A stretch of 33,285 nt of DNA from Promethearchaeia archaeon (GTDB taxonomy: Archaea; Asgardarchaeota; Lokiarchaeia; Sigyniarchaeales; SOKP01), in contig JAHQWH010000107.1 in NCBI GenBank assembly GCA_029856105.1, positions 1 through 33,285 on the forward strand. The letters are read 5' to 3'. Under the pieces are notes generated by a model that worked only from the letters and a program-made list of their open reading frames with translations, searched no databases and was not told where the DNA came from. Shown piece after piece: positions 18,284-27,721 of the stretch. Each line of letters opens with the position of its first letter. The first letter of the stretch is position 1. The position numbers and the translations under genes are program-made.

Positions 18284-20121
18284 TTTTTCTTAAAAACCCC
18301 ATATGTTAATTTTAATGACTCTATTTCGTTTAGCATTTTCTTTCTTAATTTCTCTATTAGATCAAAGTTATTATTAGGAACAGAACGGCAAGTCCTAAGA
18401 ATATCATTTACAACATCGAGTTCTTTGATATCTTCAATTAGAAACTTTTGCTTTAGGAGTTGTTGACCCTCTTTAAATAGTAATAGAATGAGTTTTACTA
18501 GTCCAATTAATTTTTTAACATCTGTAAAACAATCTATTGAATCAAAGGCATTTTGAATTAGTAAACCATTTCTAATCAATTTTGAAATGAAAAGGATAAA
18601 TTGTTGATTTTCTGGTAAGTTTTCTTCACCAACTAATTGAGTGACATTTTTCAGCTCGTTTTCTTGAGATAGGATGCTATTTATTTGTTTCCTAGATTCG
18701 TACCAATCTATATCTATCTCAGGCCAATAAATATCTCTTTCAAACCACCAATCTGAGATGAATTCAGGATATTTTGAATATGAATTTAACCAATTAATCG
18801 CGGGATAATGTTTAGAATACGCTAAACTCGCATCTAATGCCCAAAAAGCTTGAACAAAACGCTTTGTGGTTGAAGTAACGGGCTCACTGAAATCTCCTGA
18901 AGGCGGTGAAACTGAACCAATAATTGTTAAAGACCCGTATTTCTCTTTTCCAGAATCGTTTTCACCCAATATCTTAACCACACCGGCTCTTTCATAAAAG
19001 CTAGAAATTTTAGATGGTAAATAAGCGGGATATCCTTCTTCAGCTGGCATTTCTTCTAATAATCCTGAGATTTCTCGTAAGGATTCTGCCCATCTTGAAG
19101 TACTATCCGCTAAAACTGCAACATCGTACCCCATATCTCTATAATATTCCCCAATTGTAACTCCAGAAAAAATACTTGCTTCTCGCGCAGATACGGGCAT
19201 ATTAGATGTATTAGCTATGATAACAATTCGTTCTAATAACGGACGCCCACTTTTTGGGTCTGTTATTTCAGAAAATTGTTTTAAGACATCTGCAATCTCG
19301 TTCCCACGCTCCCCGCATCCAACAAATATAATTACATCTGCGTTGCACCATTTTGCTAGAGACTGTTGGATTACCGTTTTACCCGTTCCAAAACCTCCAG
19401 GAACGGCAACTGTCCCGCCCTTTACTATTGGAAATAATAAATCGATTACCCTCATTCCCGTAATTAGTGGTTCATTAGGAAACCCTCGCTCTTGATATGG
19501 TCTATTTTTAGTAATTGGCCATTTTTGAATCATATTAAACGATTCTTCTTTGGAACCATTTTTCATGCGGTATAGTTCATCACTGACTGTATATTCTCCT
19601 TCTTCTGCAATATAAGTTATTTTTCCAGAAACACCTAATGGAATCATAATTTTATGTTCAATAATTACTGTTTCCTGAACGGTTCCAACGACATATCCCG
19701 TACTTACATAATCATTTATCTTTTTTGTTGGTTTAAAATGCCAAACTTTCGTTCTTGATAAAGCGGGTAAATCAACGCCCCTCTTTAAGAATCCTCCGCC
19801 TTTAGCATCCAAAAAGGTTGCTTCCAATGGCCTTTGAATACCATCAAAGATATTTCCTAATAAACCTGGACCTAATTCCATTGATAAGGGTTCTTGTAAA
19901 CTAATAATTTCTTCATTTAACTTTAAATTAGAAGTATTTTCAAAACATTGAGCAGTAACATGATCTGAATAAATTTGGATTACTTCACCTAAAATTTTAT
20001 GTTTAGACTCCTTAATTAAATCGTTTAAGCGCACATAGTTCTCCAAGCCTTTTATTTCTATTAAGGATCCGTTTATAGATGAAATATATCCGGACTTAAT
20101 TTTTTCGTTAGTTTCATTCAT
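18280..20121 (-). CDS. atpA: A/V-type ATPase subunit A (canonical catalytic copy)
   Basis: [25 protein letters not shown] and [12 protein letters not shown]; ATGA overlap with subunit B; no intein. Confidence 0.97.
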   Translation of the reverse strand: MNETNEKIKSGYISSINGSLIEIKGLENYVRLNDLIKESKHKILGEVIQIYSDHVTAQCFENTSNLKLNEEIISLQEPLSMELGPGLLGNIFDGIQRPLEATFLDAKGGGFLKRGVDLPALSRTKVWHFKPTKKINDYVSTGYVVGTVQETVIIEHKIMIPLGVSGKITYIAEEGEYTVSDELYRMKNGSKEESFNMIQKWPITKNRPYQERGFPNEPLITGMRVIDLLFPIVKGGTVAVPGGFGTGKTVIQQSLAKWCNADVIIFVGCGERGNEIADVLKQFSEITDPKSGRPLLERIVIIANTSNMPVSAREASIFSGVTIGEYYRDMGYDVAVLADSTSRWAESLREISGLLEEMPAEEGYPAYLPSKISSFYERAGVVKILGENDSGKEKYGSLTIIGSVSPPSGDFSEPVTSTTKRFVQAFWALDASLAYSKHYPAINWLNSYSKYPEFISDWWFERDIYWPEIDIDWYESRKQINSILSQENELKNVTQLVGEENLPENQQFILFISKLIRNGLLIQNAFDSIDCFTDVKKLIGLVKLILLLFKEGQQLLKQKFLIEDIKELDVVNDILRTCRSVPNNNFDLIEKLRKKMLNEIESLKLTYGVFKKK

Positions 20122-20818
20122 ATTTCTTTAAATATTCGTTTACAGCTAATTTTTGATTTTGGATAAATTGTATATAATTATTTTCTAGAGCTCTAATATC
20201 AGGCTCGGAGTCAGAAAAAATCTTTGAAAACTCAATTTCTATAATCGATACGCTCTTTTTTAATTGATTGTCAATCGTATGATCGTAAGATAAATGTCCG
20301 GCCATAATTACACACTTAAAACCTCCAGTAATCTCTTCTTTTGACCTGATTAATCTTACTTTATTTTTTAATATACTTTCAATCTTTCCCAGATTATTGC
20401 TAAAATATTTGAAATCTATTGAATTTAAGTGAATGATAATCTCTGGTGGTTTATCCACAAAATGTTTTATATTTTCAAGATTTTTTAGTAAAAGGCTAAT
20501 GTAGCTCGAATAATTATTTTTTATTTTGTCTTTTATTAAGTCTGTTAAATCTGAAATAAGTTCTAACATTAACTTGTTTTTTGATTTCAGCACTTCTTCT
20601 TTAATTTTCAAGAGATAAGAAGATAGAGAATTATTTAATAGTTTATTGTATGTTTCGTTAAAATGCGCTTTCATTTTTAAAGAGCTTTCTGAAGTTCTTT
20701 CCCTAGCTTTTTTTCTAACTTCTGCCATTTGAAAGAGGGATTGTTGATTGATCTTCTTTATCTCATTTTCAGCTTGATTTATTAAATACAAACTTAGTTT
20801 TCCAAATCTCTCTTTCAT
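20114..20818 (-). CDS. atpE: A/V-type ATPase subunit E
   Basis: N-terminal coiled coil, C-terminal ITGGF...YDHTID motif, and operon position. Confidence 0.85.
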   Translation of the reverse strand: MKERFGKLSLYLINQAENEIKKINQQSLFQMAEVRKKARERTSESSLKMKAHFNETYNKLLNNSLSSYLLKIKEEVLKSKNKLMLELISDLTDLIKDKIKNNYSSYISLLLKNLENIKHFVDKPPEIIIHLNSIDFKYFSNNLGKIESILKNKVRLIRSKEEITGGFKCVIMAGHLSYDHTIDNQLKKSVSIIEIEFSKIFSDSEPDIRALENNYIQFIQNQKLAVNEYLKKYE

Positions 20819-20852
20819 CTCATTTCCTTCACTAATGGCCGATCATCTCTTG

Positions 20853-21170
20853 TTATATAATTTCTTCTATTAATTCGTGAATTTTGTTGAAAATCTTATC
20901 TTGATTCTTTATATCTTGTTGAAAAATATCTGGTAATAAATATACAAATGGCGTCCTATTATTTATTTTAAAATCTGTTAGAAATTCGAGAATTTCGTCT
21001 GTCATATCTATGTATATAATTATCATAGCAACAGAAGTTTTTTTTATTAAATTTTTAAAAATTTTTAAAAAATCTTCATTATGTTCAATTATCGTTCCAT
21101 CGATTCCTAATAAACCAAACATTAAGACTATTTCGTCGTAGCCTAATACATGTATTTTTTTATCCGGCAT
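20853..21170 (-). CDS. atpF: A/V-type ATPase subunit F
   Basis: KIHVLGYDEIVLMFGLLGIDG...PFVYLLPD pattern, 105 aa. Confidence 0.88.
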   Translation of the reverse strand: MPDKKIHVLGYDEIVLMFGLLGIDGTIIEHNEDFLKIFKNLIKKTSVAMIIIYIDMTDEILEFLTDFKINNRTPFVYLLPDIFQQDIKNQDKIFNKIHELIEEII

Positions 21171-21487
21171 TAAAAATCAAATCCTAATTTCTCAAATATT
21201 AAAATCATTAGTTCTTCCTTATTTTCATAAAAATTTTTTTCTATATTGCTACATAATTTAGATATTGACTCTCCAAATTTTGACGATTTTTCATTAACTT
21301 CTTTTGAAAGTGTTGCTAAGGCAGAATTAATAATCTCCTGATTGTGATGATTTTTTTTTTCTACATCTTTTTCTATTGAAGCCTTTAATTTCTCAATGTC
21401 ATCTAAACTTTCTTTTTTAGCGTTTTCAATCAAATTTTCGTAAATTTCTTCGATTTCTTCAACCCATTTAAAAATTGGCATTATCAC
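21170..21487 (-). CDS. A/V-type ATPase peripheral stalk subunit G/H
   Basis: About 105-aa charged coiled coil (EEIEEIYENLIENAKKES) between C and F; assigned by size, composition and position. Confidence 0.65.
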   Translation of the reverse strand: MIMPIFKWVEEIEEIYENLIENAKKESLDDIEKLKASIEKDVEKKNHHNQEIINSALATLSKEVNEKSSKFGESISKLCSNIEKNFYENKEELMILIFEKLGFDF

Positions 21488-21533
21488 AACTCCTACATCA
21501 TTATCTATTAAAGATTTTATTTCATAATTAACT

Positions 21534-22595
21534 TTAAAATTTCTGCGTTTTTAATGCTTTAAACTTATAGTGAAGGATTTTAATTACTTTTGGCAAAATA
21601 TCGAATTTTATTTCTTTTTCTTTTTTTATAAGTATTTCTAAAATTTTGTAAATAGTGAAAAAATCAATGTCGTCAATTTTAATTTCAAAATTCTTAAAAT
21701 AATAAGTTATATAGAATTGTTCAATTGATCTAATTAAGTGTTTTTGATCAATTCTTAGCTTGATAAAAAATGGTTTTATTTCCTTAATATTCTTCAAATA
21801 TTCTTCTATAACTGATATAAATTCATCAAGATTATCAAGATTTAACAAACGATCTAATTTACTTTCATTTAGGAATAAATAATTATTTACAAGAAATTGA
21901 GATAATAATTTTCGATCAATATTATTTTTTATTCCCCTGTAAATCACATTTATATTATAAATTTCAGTTTTATATCTCACAAACAATGAGATCATTGTTT
22001 TTTCTTTTTTATTTAAATTTTCCAGTTGTACATTAAGTTGCTTATAATATAATTGATCTAAAAAAGCTTCCAGGATAAAAATTTCTTTATTTTTCTTAAA
22101 GTAAAGAATCCCTTCTCTAGTAGCAATATTATATTTAGTTCTTTTTAAAAATAATTGTATTTCATCTAAAGAAGTAAATTTAAGCAATTCTTCTATGAAT
22201 TCCGTGTTATCTAAATATTCTTCAACTAAAAAATTAATGTATTTTCTTCTTTCTTCTTGATTAATTCCTAAAATTAAACTAATGATTATTTGTTTGAGAT
22301 TTTGTATTTCAAATTTCATGAGATAATTTCTTAAAAATATTCTCATGTTTTGGGGTGAATAATGTAAAATTTTACCAATTAGCTTAATATAATTATTATT
22401 AAGAGCTACTTCAATGTCTTCAATGGTGTTTTCTTTAAAATCTAAATTAGGATAATAAGGTCTAATAGATTCCATGAAATCATCAATATCGTCGATCTTT
22501 TTAAGTTTTAGTATAGTATCATCATCAATTATTAATGGTTTTAAATAATCGATTTTAATATATGTATAAGCATAAGACGGAATAATTTCACTCGT
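21534..22595 (-). CDS. atpC: A/V-type ATPase subunit C (d)
   Basis: FEIQNLKQII, LEAFLDQLYY and EIYNINVIYRG. The frame extends 40 codons above the track ATG (22475) through the typical N-terminal SYAYTYIKI to ACG at 22595, which is preceded by AAGGTG. Confidence 0.88.
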   Translation of the reverse strand, partial: TSEIIPSYAYTYIKIDYLKPLIIDDDTILKLKKIDDIDDFMESIRPYYPNLDFKENTIEDIEVALNNNYIKLIGKILHYSPQNMRIFLRNYLMKFEIQNLKQIIISLILGINQEERRKYINFLVEEYLDNTEFIEELLKFTSLDEIQLFLKRTKYNIATREGILYFKKNKEIFILEAFLDQLYYKQLNVQLENLNKKEKTMISLFVRYKTEIYNINVIYRGIKNNIDRKLLSQFLVNNYLFLNESKLDRLLNLDNLDEFISVIEEYLKNIKEIKPFFIKLRIDQKHLIRSIEQFYITYYFKNFEIKIDDIDFFTIYKILEILIKKEKEIKFDILPKVIKILHYKFKALKTQKF

Positions 22596-22635
22596 AAAAA
22601 AACACCTTCTTAACGATTTTAAATGTAAATCTAAA

Positions 22636-23007
22636 TTATGCTGGCGTAGGAATTTTTGTCCACAAAAGGATCGCTACAATTAAACCGTATACTGCTAATG
22701 CCTCACATAAAGCAACGACTAAAAATGATTTAAAGAAACTTTCTTCTCTTTCGGATAAAGAGGAGATTGCTGCTGTACCTACTGTTTTTAAAGCGATTGC
22801 ACTTCCTAATACTGATGCTGAAAGGGAGATTGCTGCTGAAATCGCTAAAATCGCCGCTGTTGGAGAATTATAGTAATCAAAACTCTCTGTTTGTGCTGCA
22901 ACCATAGTGATAATTCCATCTACACTAAAAAACACAATTAATATAAGCACTAATTGGAAAAATCCTAACAATGAATAAAATTTCATTTTTCCGTTCATAG
23001 TATTCAC
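22636..23007 (-). CDS. atpK: A/V-type ATPase proteolipid subunit K (c), single hairpin with an extra N-terminal hydrophobic segment
   Basis: VGTAAISSLSEREESFFKSFLVVALCEALAVYGLIVAILL with the ion-binding Glu. Exact start is uncertain (GTG or later ATGs). Confidence 0.92.
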   Translation of the reverse strand: MNTMNGKMKFYSLLGFFQLVLILIVFFSVDGIITMVAAQTESFDYYNSPTAAILAISAAISLSASVLGSAIALKTVGTAAISSLSEREESFFKSFLVVALCEALAVYGLIVAILLWTKIPTPA

Positions 23008-23070
23008 AAATTGTACTTGTTTTATATTTTAACTCATTAAAGTTATTTTAAATAGAATAATACATATTTA

Positions 23071-23085
23071 CGTATAAATTTTTCT
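23071..23085 (-). promoter_or_regulatory. Candidate BRE/TATA for the ATPase operon
   Basis: Minus strand AGAAAAA-TTTATACG about 65 nt upstream of atpK; weak evidence in AT-rich DNA. Confidence 0.3.
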
Positions 23086-23205
23086 AAATTTTATATTAAT
23101 ACTTAGAATTTGCTAAAAACTAATAGAGTTGATTCGATTTTAAGAAAGAAGTTGATCTTTGGTTTAAAATAGAACAAATTTGATGCAATATATGGTGAGA
23201 TTTAT

Positions 23206-23847
23206 TTATTGGTATAGCAATACTCTCATTACATCAGCAATATCGTGGATACGGTCTGCCAACTGCTCCAGTAGAACAATACTATCCCTGATTCGTAGTA
23301 AAGTTCTTATATCTTCAACATTAGAATATAAAAACTCAAGAAATTGCCTGTAAGTTCGGTCAATTTCAGATTCAAGTTCATGAATAGTAGTTGTGTTATC
23401 AAAGACTTTATCCTGATTATCCCTTAAGTTTTTTATAGCTGTTTTTAAGATACCAGCCATTTCCAAAATTTGATTTATTAACTTATTATATTTCTTCTTA
23501 ATCTCTTTTGCACTTTTACCAGTTAAGCTAATTTTTGTCAACATATCGACAAATTCGAGGGGATAATTAATAACATTATCCATCTTCAACACTAGTGCTA
23601 CGTAATCTCCGAGATTGAAAGCTTCTGCCTCTGAAAAGTTCTGTATTAAGCGAATTTTTATCTCGTCACCTTCTTCTTCTGATAATTGCATTTTACTTTT
23701 TTTCTTTTCTAAACTTTTTTTATTAGCCTCAAAGTCTTCTGCCCAGGTGGTGTAATAGACGCCCATGTCACTAATAATAGAGTAAACAATCCGAACATGA
23801 TCTATTAGTAAGGAAATTATTTCTTCTTTGATTTTTCTGTTTGTCAT
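23206..23847 (-). CDS. DUF47 / PhoU-like phosphate transport regulator family protein
   Basis: Two helical repeats with EEEGDEIK...MDNVIN and IHELESEIDRTY...LEQLADRIHDIAD. Confidence 0.85.
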   Translation of the reverse strand: MTNRKIKEEIISLLIDHVRIVYSIISDMGVYYTTWAEDFEANKKSLEKKKSKMQLSEEEGDEIKIRLIQNFSEAEAFNLGDYVALVLKMDNVINYPLEFVDMLTKISLTGKSAKEIKKKYNKLINQILEMAGILKTAIKNLRDNQDKVFDNTTTIHELESEIDRTYRQFLEFLYSNVEDIRTLLRIRDSIVLLEQLADRIHDIADVMRVLLYQ

Positions 23848-24068
23848 AACTAGTATTCAATTCCATAATTTTTAATATTCTATGAATATTATATGATTAA
23901 ATAAATAAAAATCATCAGTTTTTACTGAAATTTAATTCAAAAAGATTAACAGCATCAAATATTTATAAAGATTATAACAGATTCCCTTTTAAATTTAAAA
24001 TATATGTCATTTAACATAAGAGATTTATTGTTTGAACAAAATGCGAAAAAAGGTGTTATTTAAATAAA

Positions 24069-24818
24069 ATGGGTTTAAAAGATTTAATCAAGAAATGGCA
24101 TAAGTACGGCGAACTCTCTAATTTAGGAATAATAGTTCGTCGTAAATTTTTTAATAACTGTTTTGACGGAGCTTTAACTTGTGCGGGAATAGTTAGCGGA
24201 AGTTTCATCATATTTCTTGCAAATCCAGCTCAAAATTTAACTTCAGCTATTATTATAATAACTGGTTTTTCTACTGCTTTAGCAATTGGTATTAGCGGCT
24301 TATGGGGCGCCTTTCTCTCTGAAGAAGCCGAAAGAAAGAAAAAAATGATTGATCTAAAAAAGGACATGGTAATTTTTGAAGAAGAAGAAGAAGAGAAAGA
24401 ATTTATAGAAGACCAAGAGATTCAAGAAGCAATGGTAACTCCCATAAATATAAATCATGCTAATAACAAAAGATTTTTTTCTTTAAAGGGTAATCCAAAG
24501 GGAAAAAAAAATAATAATAATAAATCAATAATCGAACAATCAGAAAGATTTGCCACTATTGTCGCATCTTTAGTCGACGGGGGTGCTCCTGTTTTAGGAT
24601 CGATCCTTCCATTAATTCCGTTTTTCTTTGGAGATACATTATCCATATTTCATTTTTTAGTTTCTTACGCCGTTTTGGTAGCTATATTAATTTATTTAGG
24701 TATATTTTTAGGAAAAATCTCTGGCGGGGGACATGCTAAGTACGCGATTCATTTAGTTACAGCGGGCTTTACGACATTACTTGTTTCTCTATTGCTACAA
24801 TTAGTAATTCCTACTTAA
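24069..24818 (+). CDS. VIT1/CCC1-like (TIGR00267-type) membrane transporter, copy 1
   Basis: RRKFFNNCFDGALT, GISGLWGAFLSEEAE, acidic cytoplasmic loop, LPLIPFF, 5 TM layout. Confidence 0.8.
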   Translation: MGLKDLIKKWHKYGELSNLGIIVRRKFFNNCFDGALTCAGIVSGSFIIFLANPAQNLTSAIIIITGFSTALAIGISGLWGAFLSEEAERKKKMIDLKKDMVIFEEEEEEKEFIEDQEIQEAMVTPININHANNKRFFSLKGNPKGKKNNNNKSIIEQSERFATIVASLVDGGAPVLGSILPLIPFFFGDTLSIFHFLVSYAVLVAILIYLGIFLGKISGGGHAKYAIHLVTAGFTTLLVSLLLQLVIPT

Positions 24819-24885
24819 GTTAGCCTTCAACTAAAATAAAATTGTAATTAATAGAAGTAATATTTCGAAAAAAACTTAAAATAAA

Positions 24886-25608
24886 ATGATAAAAAAATTT
24901 AAAACATACGCGAAAATTACTGATTTTGGATCTATTGCCCGCCGTTATTTTGTAAATAACTTTTACGACGGAATGTTAACTATTTTAGGTATTTTATTAG
25001 GATTTTTTATACTTATATTTAAAGATGGACAACAAACAGTAGATAGTCATATTGTAATATTAACTGGGTTCGCAACATCAATTTCAATGTTCATGTCGGG
25101 ATTAAGTGGTTCGTATATATCTGAAAAAGCAGAACAGAAGAGATTGAAAACAGAATTAGATAAGGCTATGGTAATAATAAAGGAAGAGAGAAAAAAAGAA
25201 GAGGGAGATGAGTTATTAGAAGACGAAGAAATCGAGAAAGCGATGTTAACGATTCATTTTAATGATAAAAATAATAATAAAAAACTAAATCTAAAAAAAT
25301 CAAATAATAAGAGAAGGAAAGCAAAGACATTGCAAGAAAAGGCAGAAAGATTTGCAAGCATAATTGTATCGCTAGTAAATGGATGTGCGCCGCTTTTAGG
25401 TGGAATTGTTCCATTAATTCCGTTTTTTTTTACTATAAAAGCAGGATTTAATTTTTTCATTTTTTCTTTTTTAATTATTTTTGTATGCATTGTTCTTCTA
25501 GGCATTTTTGTAGGTTTCATTTCTCGAGAATCTTTATGGAAAAATGTTCTTGAAATGTTAGTTGCTTTTGGTCTAACTATAACAGTTTCAATTCTTCTAT
25601 TAAATTAA
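24886..25608 (+). CDS. VIT1/CCC1-like (TIGR00267-type) membrane transporter, copy 2
   Basis: ARRYFVNNFYDGMLT, SGLSGSYISEKAE, acidic loop, VPLIPFF. Confidence 0.8.
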   Translation: MIKKFKTYAKITDFGSIARRYFVNNFYDGMLTILGILLGFFILIFKDGQQTVDSHIVILTGFATSISMFMSGLSGSYISEKAEQKRLKTELDKAMVIIKEERKKEEGDELLEDEEIEKAMLTIHFNDKNNNKKLNLKKSNNKRRKAKTLQEKAERFASIIVSLVNGCAPLLGGIVPLIPFFFTIKAGFNFFIFSFLIIFVCIVLLGIFVGFISRESLWKNVLEMLVAFGLTITVSILLLN

Positions 25609-25687
25609 AAAATTATTTGGTTTTATCGAAAATTTAAAATTTTTTAAAAAATTTTAATTATATAATTATATTTTTAAATGATTTAAA

Positions 25688-26467
25688 TTGAAGAGTTTTA
25701 TTGGTATAGATATTGGTTCTTTAGCAACAAAAGTTGCTCTTATTAACGATGGGAAATTAATCGATCACCGAACAGAAAGATCTACATATGATTTCAAAAG
25801 AATTGGACATGATTTATTTAATGAGCTATTAAATAAACACAATTTGAAGAAGGAAGATGTACACCTTATGAGTACTGGATACGGACGAAACACAATAGAC
25901 ATAGCGGACGATCGTGTGACGGAAATTACAGCTCACGCTAAGGGTGTGCAATTTTTCTTTCCAGATGCCCATTCCGTAATAGATATTGGGGGTCAAGATA
26001 GTAAAGCAATTGTAATGTCTGCGAAAACTGGGAATGTTATTGACTTTCAAATGAATGACAAATGCGCAGCAGGAACGGGACGGTTTTTAGAGGTCATGGC
26101 TAACGCGTTGGAAGTCCCCATTGATCAATTTGGAAATTTAGCCTTGCGATCTAACAAGTCAGCTTCAATAAGTTCAACTTGTACAGTTTTTGCAGAAAGC
26201 GAAGTAATAAGTTTATTCGCTCGAGGGGCTTCTAAAGAAGAGATTGCAAGTGGAATACACAAATCAATTGCGAGAAGAGTTGCTGGAATGGCAAAACGTA
26301 TTGGAGTTGGACCCAAATTAATTTTCTGCGGTGGAGTCGCCAAAAACCCTGCCGTAAAAAAATATTTAGAAGACGAATTTGGATATGGAATCGAAACACC
26401 CGAATTTCCTCAACTAACGGGAGCTATTGGTGCCGCATTAATAGGTCAAGAAAACAATTCTAATTAA
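25688..26467 (+). CDS. 2-hydroxyacyl-CoA dehydratase activator (HgdC/HadI/FldI-type ASKHA ATPase, [4Fe-4S])
   Basis: GIDIGS, TGYGR, DIGGQDSK, MNDKCAAGTGRFLE, SSTCTVFAESE, GGVAKN, GAIGAAL; TTG start. Confidence 0.95.
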   Translation: MKSFIGIDIGSLATKVALINDGKLIDHRTERSTYDFKRIGHDLFNELLNKHNLKKEDVHLMSTGYGRNTIDIADDRVTEITAHAKGVQFFFPDAHSVIDIGGQDSKAIVMSAKTGNVIDFQMNDKCAAGTGRFLEVMANALEVPIDQFGNLALRSNKSASISSTCTVFAESEVISLFARGASKEEIASGIHKSIARRVAGMAKRIGVGPKLIFCGGVAKNPAVKKYLEDEFGYGIETPEFPQLTGAIGAALIGQENNSN

Positions 26468-26515
26468 ATTAATTTTATTTAGGCTATTTTTAATATTTTT
26501 ATCTATATTTTAAAT

Positions 26516-26531
26516 CGGTAAACTTTTATAA
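26516..26531 (+). promoter_or_regulatory. Candidate BRE/TATA
   Basis: CGGTAAAC-TTTTATAA about 50 nt upstream of ATG 26582. Confidence 0.4.
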
Positions 26532-26581
26532 GGAATTAAGTCTTTTCAAATAGATAATTTCACACTACTCAAGCTAATATT

Positions 26582-27721
26582 ATGGTCGATCCCATTCTTC
26601 TCCCGGATTTTTCCTTATTTCTCAAAGAAAAAAAGCAAGAAGGCGTTAAAATTATTGCTTTTTTGGCTCACGATAATATTCCCGAAGAGCTGATAGATGC
26701 AGCGGGTTTCTTTCCTTTAAGGATGATGTTTGGAGGGAATGACGATTTGATGGAAGCTAGTCACGATTTTTTACCTCCATCTACATGTGCATTTGCTCAA
26801 TCTTGTATTGGATTATTTTCTGCTAAACCAAATGACTTCAGATTTTTAGATTTGGTGGATTATTTTATCGTTTCAAACCACTGCGTATCAGATGTTTGTG
26901 CTTCAGAAATAATTACTAAATATTTTAATATCTCTCGTTTAAATTTTTACGTACCGTATATGACGGATGAAAGTAGTTTAAAATATTTCAAGTTAGAACT
27001 ACAAAATTTAAAGGAGAAGCTTGAAGATATTATTGGAGAAAAAATTTCTGACGAAAAATTATCTGAGAGTATTAAGAAGTATAATGATTTTAAGAAAAAA
27101 ATATCGCAAGTTAATGATTTAGAGATTTTAGGCTCAGAAAAATTAAAAATAATTCAAAAAGCAATATTATATGGTCCAACATTCCTACCTGATTTAGAAA
27201 AGTACATTGAAGAAGTTAAAAACAGTCCACCTCAAAACCTTGGTACATCTAAAGATATTTTATTTACAGGATGTTCGATCTTCATCAATGATAACTTAGT
27301 TGATTTAATCGAAGAAGGAGGGGGAAATATTGTTTATTTCGATACATGGATTGGAAATCACTATTATTCACAAGTTATAGATGATGCCTTGATAAATTCA
27401 AACAAAGATCCTTTAGATTTATTGGTGCTGAGATTTAAAAATAACACGTATGGAGACCATTCAGTACCCAACTTCTTGCAACAAAAAGTATCTTTGATTG
27501 AAAATTATTCTAAGAACTATACAAGAAAGACGGGTAAAAAATTAGGCGTATTCAATCATATAATTAAATTTTGCGACCACATATCGTTAATGGCTTCTTT
27601 CTTGAAAAATGAGTTACAAGAAAAAGGAATACAAGTATTGAATTTAGAGAGAGATTATTCTCGGGCTAATCGAGGGCAGCTCTCAACAAGAATAGAAGCG
27701 TATTTGGAGATGATGAGATGA
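26582..27721 (+). CDS. 2-hydroxyacyl-CoA dehydratase family subunit (HgdB/FldC/BcrC-like)
   Basis: PEELIDAAG, Cys ligand motifs STC / NHC / KFCD, and C-terminal GQLSTRIEAYLEM. Confidence 0.88.
   Translation: MVDPILLPDFSLFLKEKKQEGVKIIAFLAHDNIPEELIDAAGFFPLRMMFGGNDDLMEASHDFLPPSTCAFAQSCIGLFSAKPNDFRFLDLVDYFIVSNHCVSDVCASEIITKYFNISRLNFYVPYMTDESSLKYFKLELQNLKEKLEDIIGEKISDEKLSESIKKYNDFKKKISQVNDLEILGSEKLKIIQKAILYGPTFLPDLEKYIEEVKNSPPQNLGTSKDILFTGCSIFINDNLVDLIEEGGGNIVYFDTWIGNHYYSQVIDDALINSNKDPLDLLVLRFKNNTYGDHSVPNFLQQKVSLIENYSKNYTRKTGKKLGVFNHIIKFCDHISLMASFLKNELQEKGIQVLNLERDYSRANRGQLSTRIEAYLEMMR

Noticed and set aside
12443-19495. Similar-looking plus-strand ORFs 12443..12715 and 19217..19495 (also 17520, 17883, 18254)
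   Set aside because: Their similarity simply mirrors the two atpA paralogues on the opposite strand; not independent genes.
11536-20121. Inteins in the A subunits
   Set aside because: Both are ~600 aa and continuous across the known insertion sites (GKT and GCGE).
24378-24393. (GAA)n microsatellite
   Set aside because: Just encodes the poly-Glu loop of the transporter.
25634-25668. 24-bp perfect palindrome TTAAAATTTTTTAAAAAATTTTAA and adjacent TAATTATATAATTA upstream of the activator
   Set aside because: Pure A/T low-complexity sequence; a similar run occurs inside atpF (~21049-21072), so an operator role cannot be supported.
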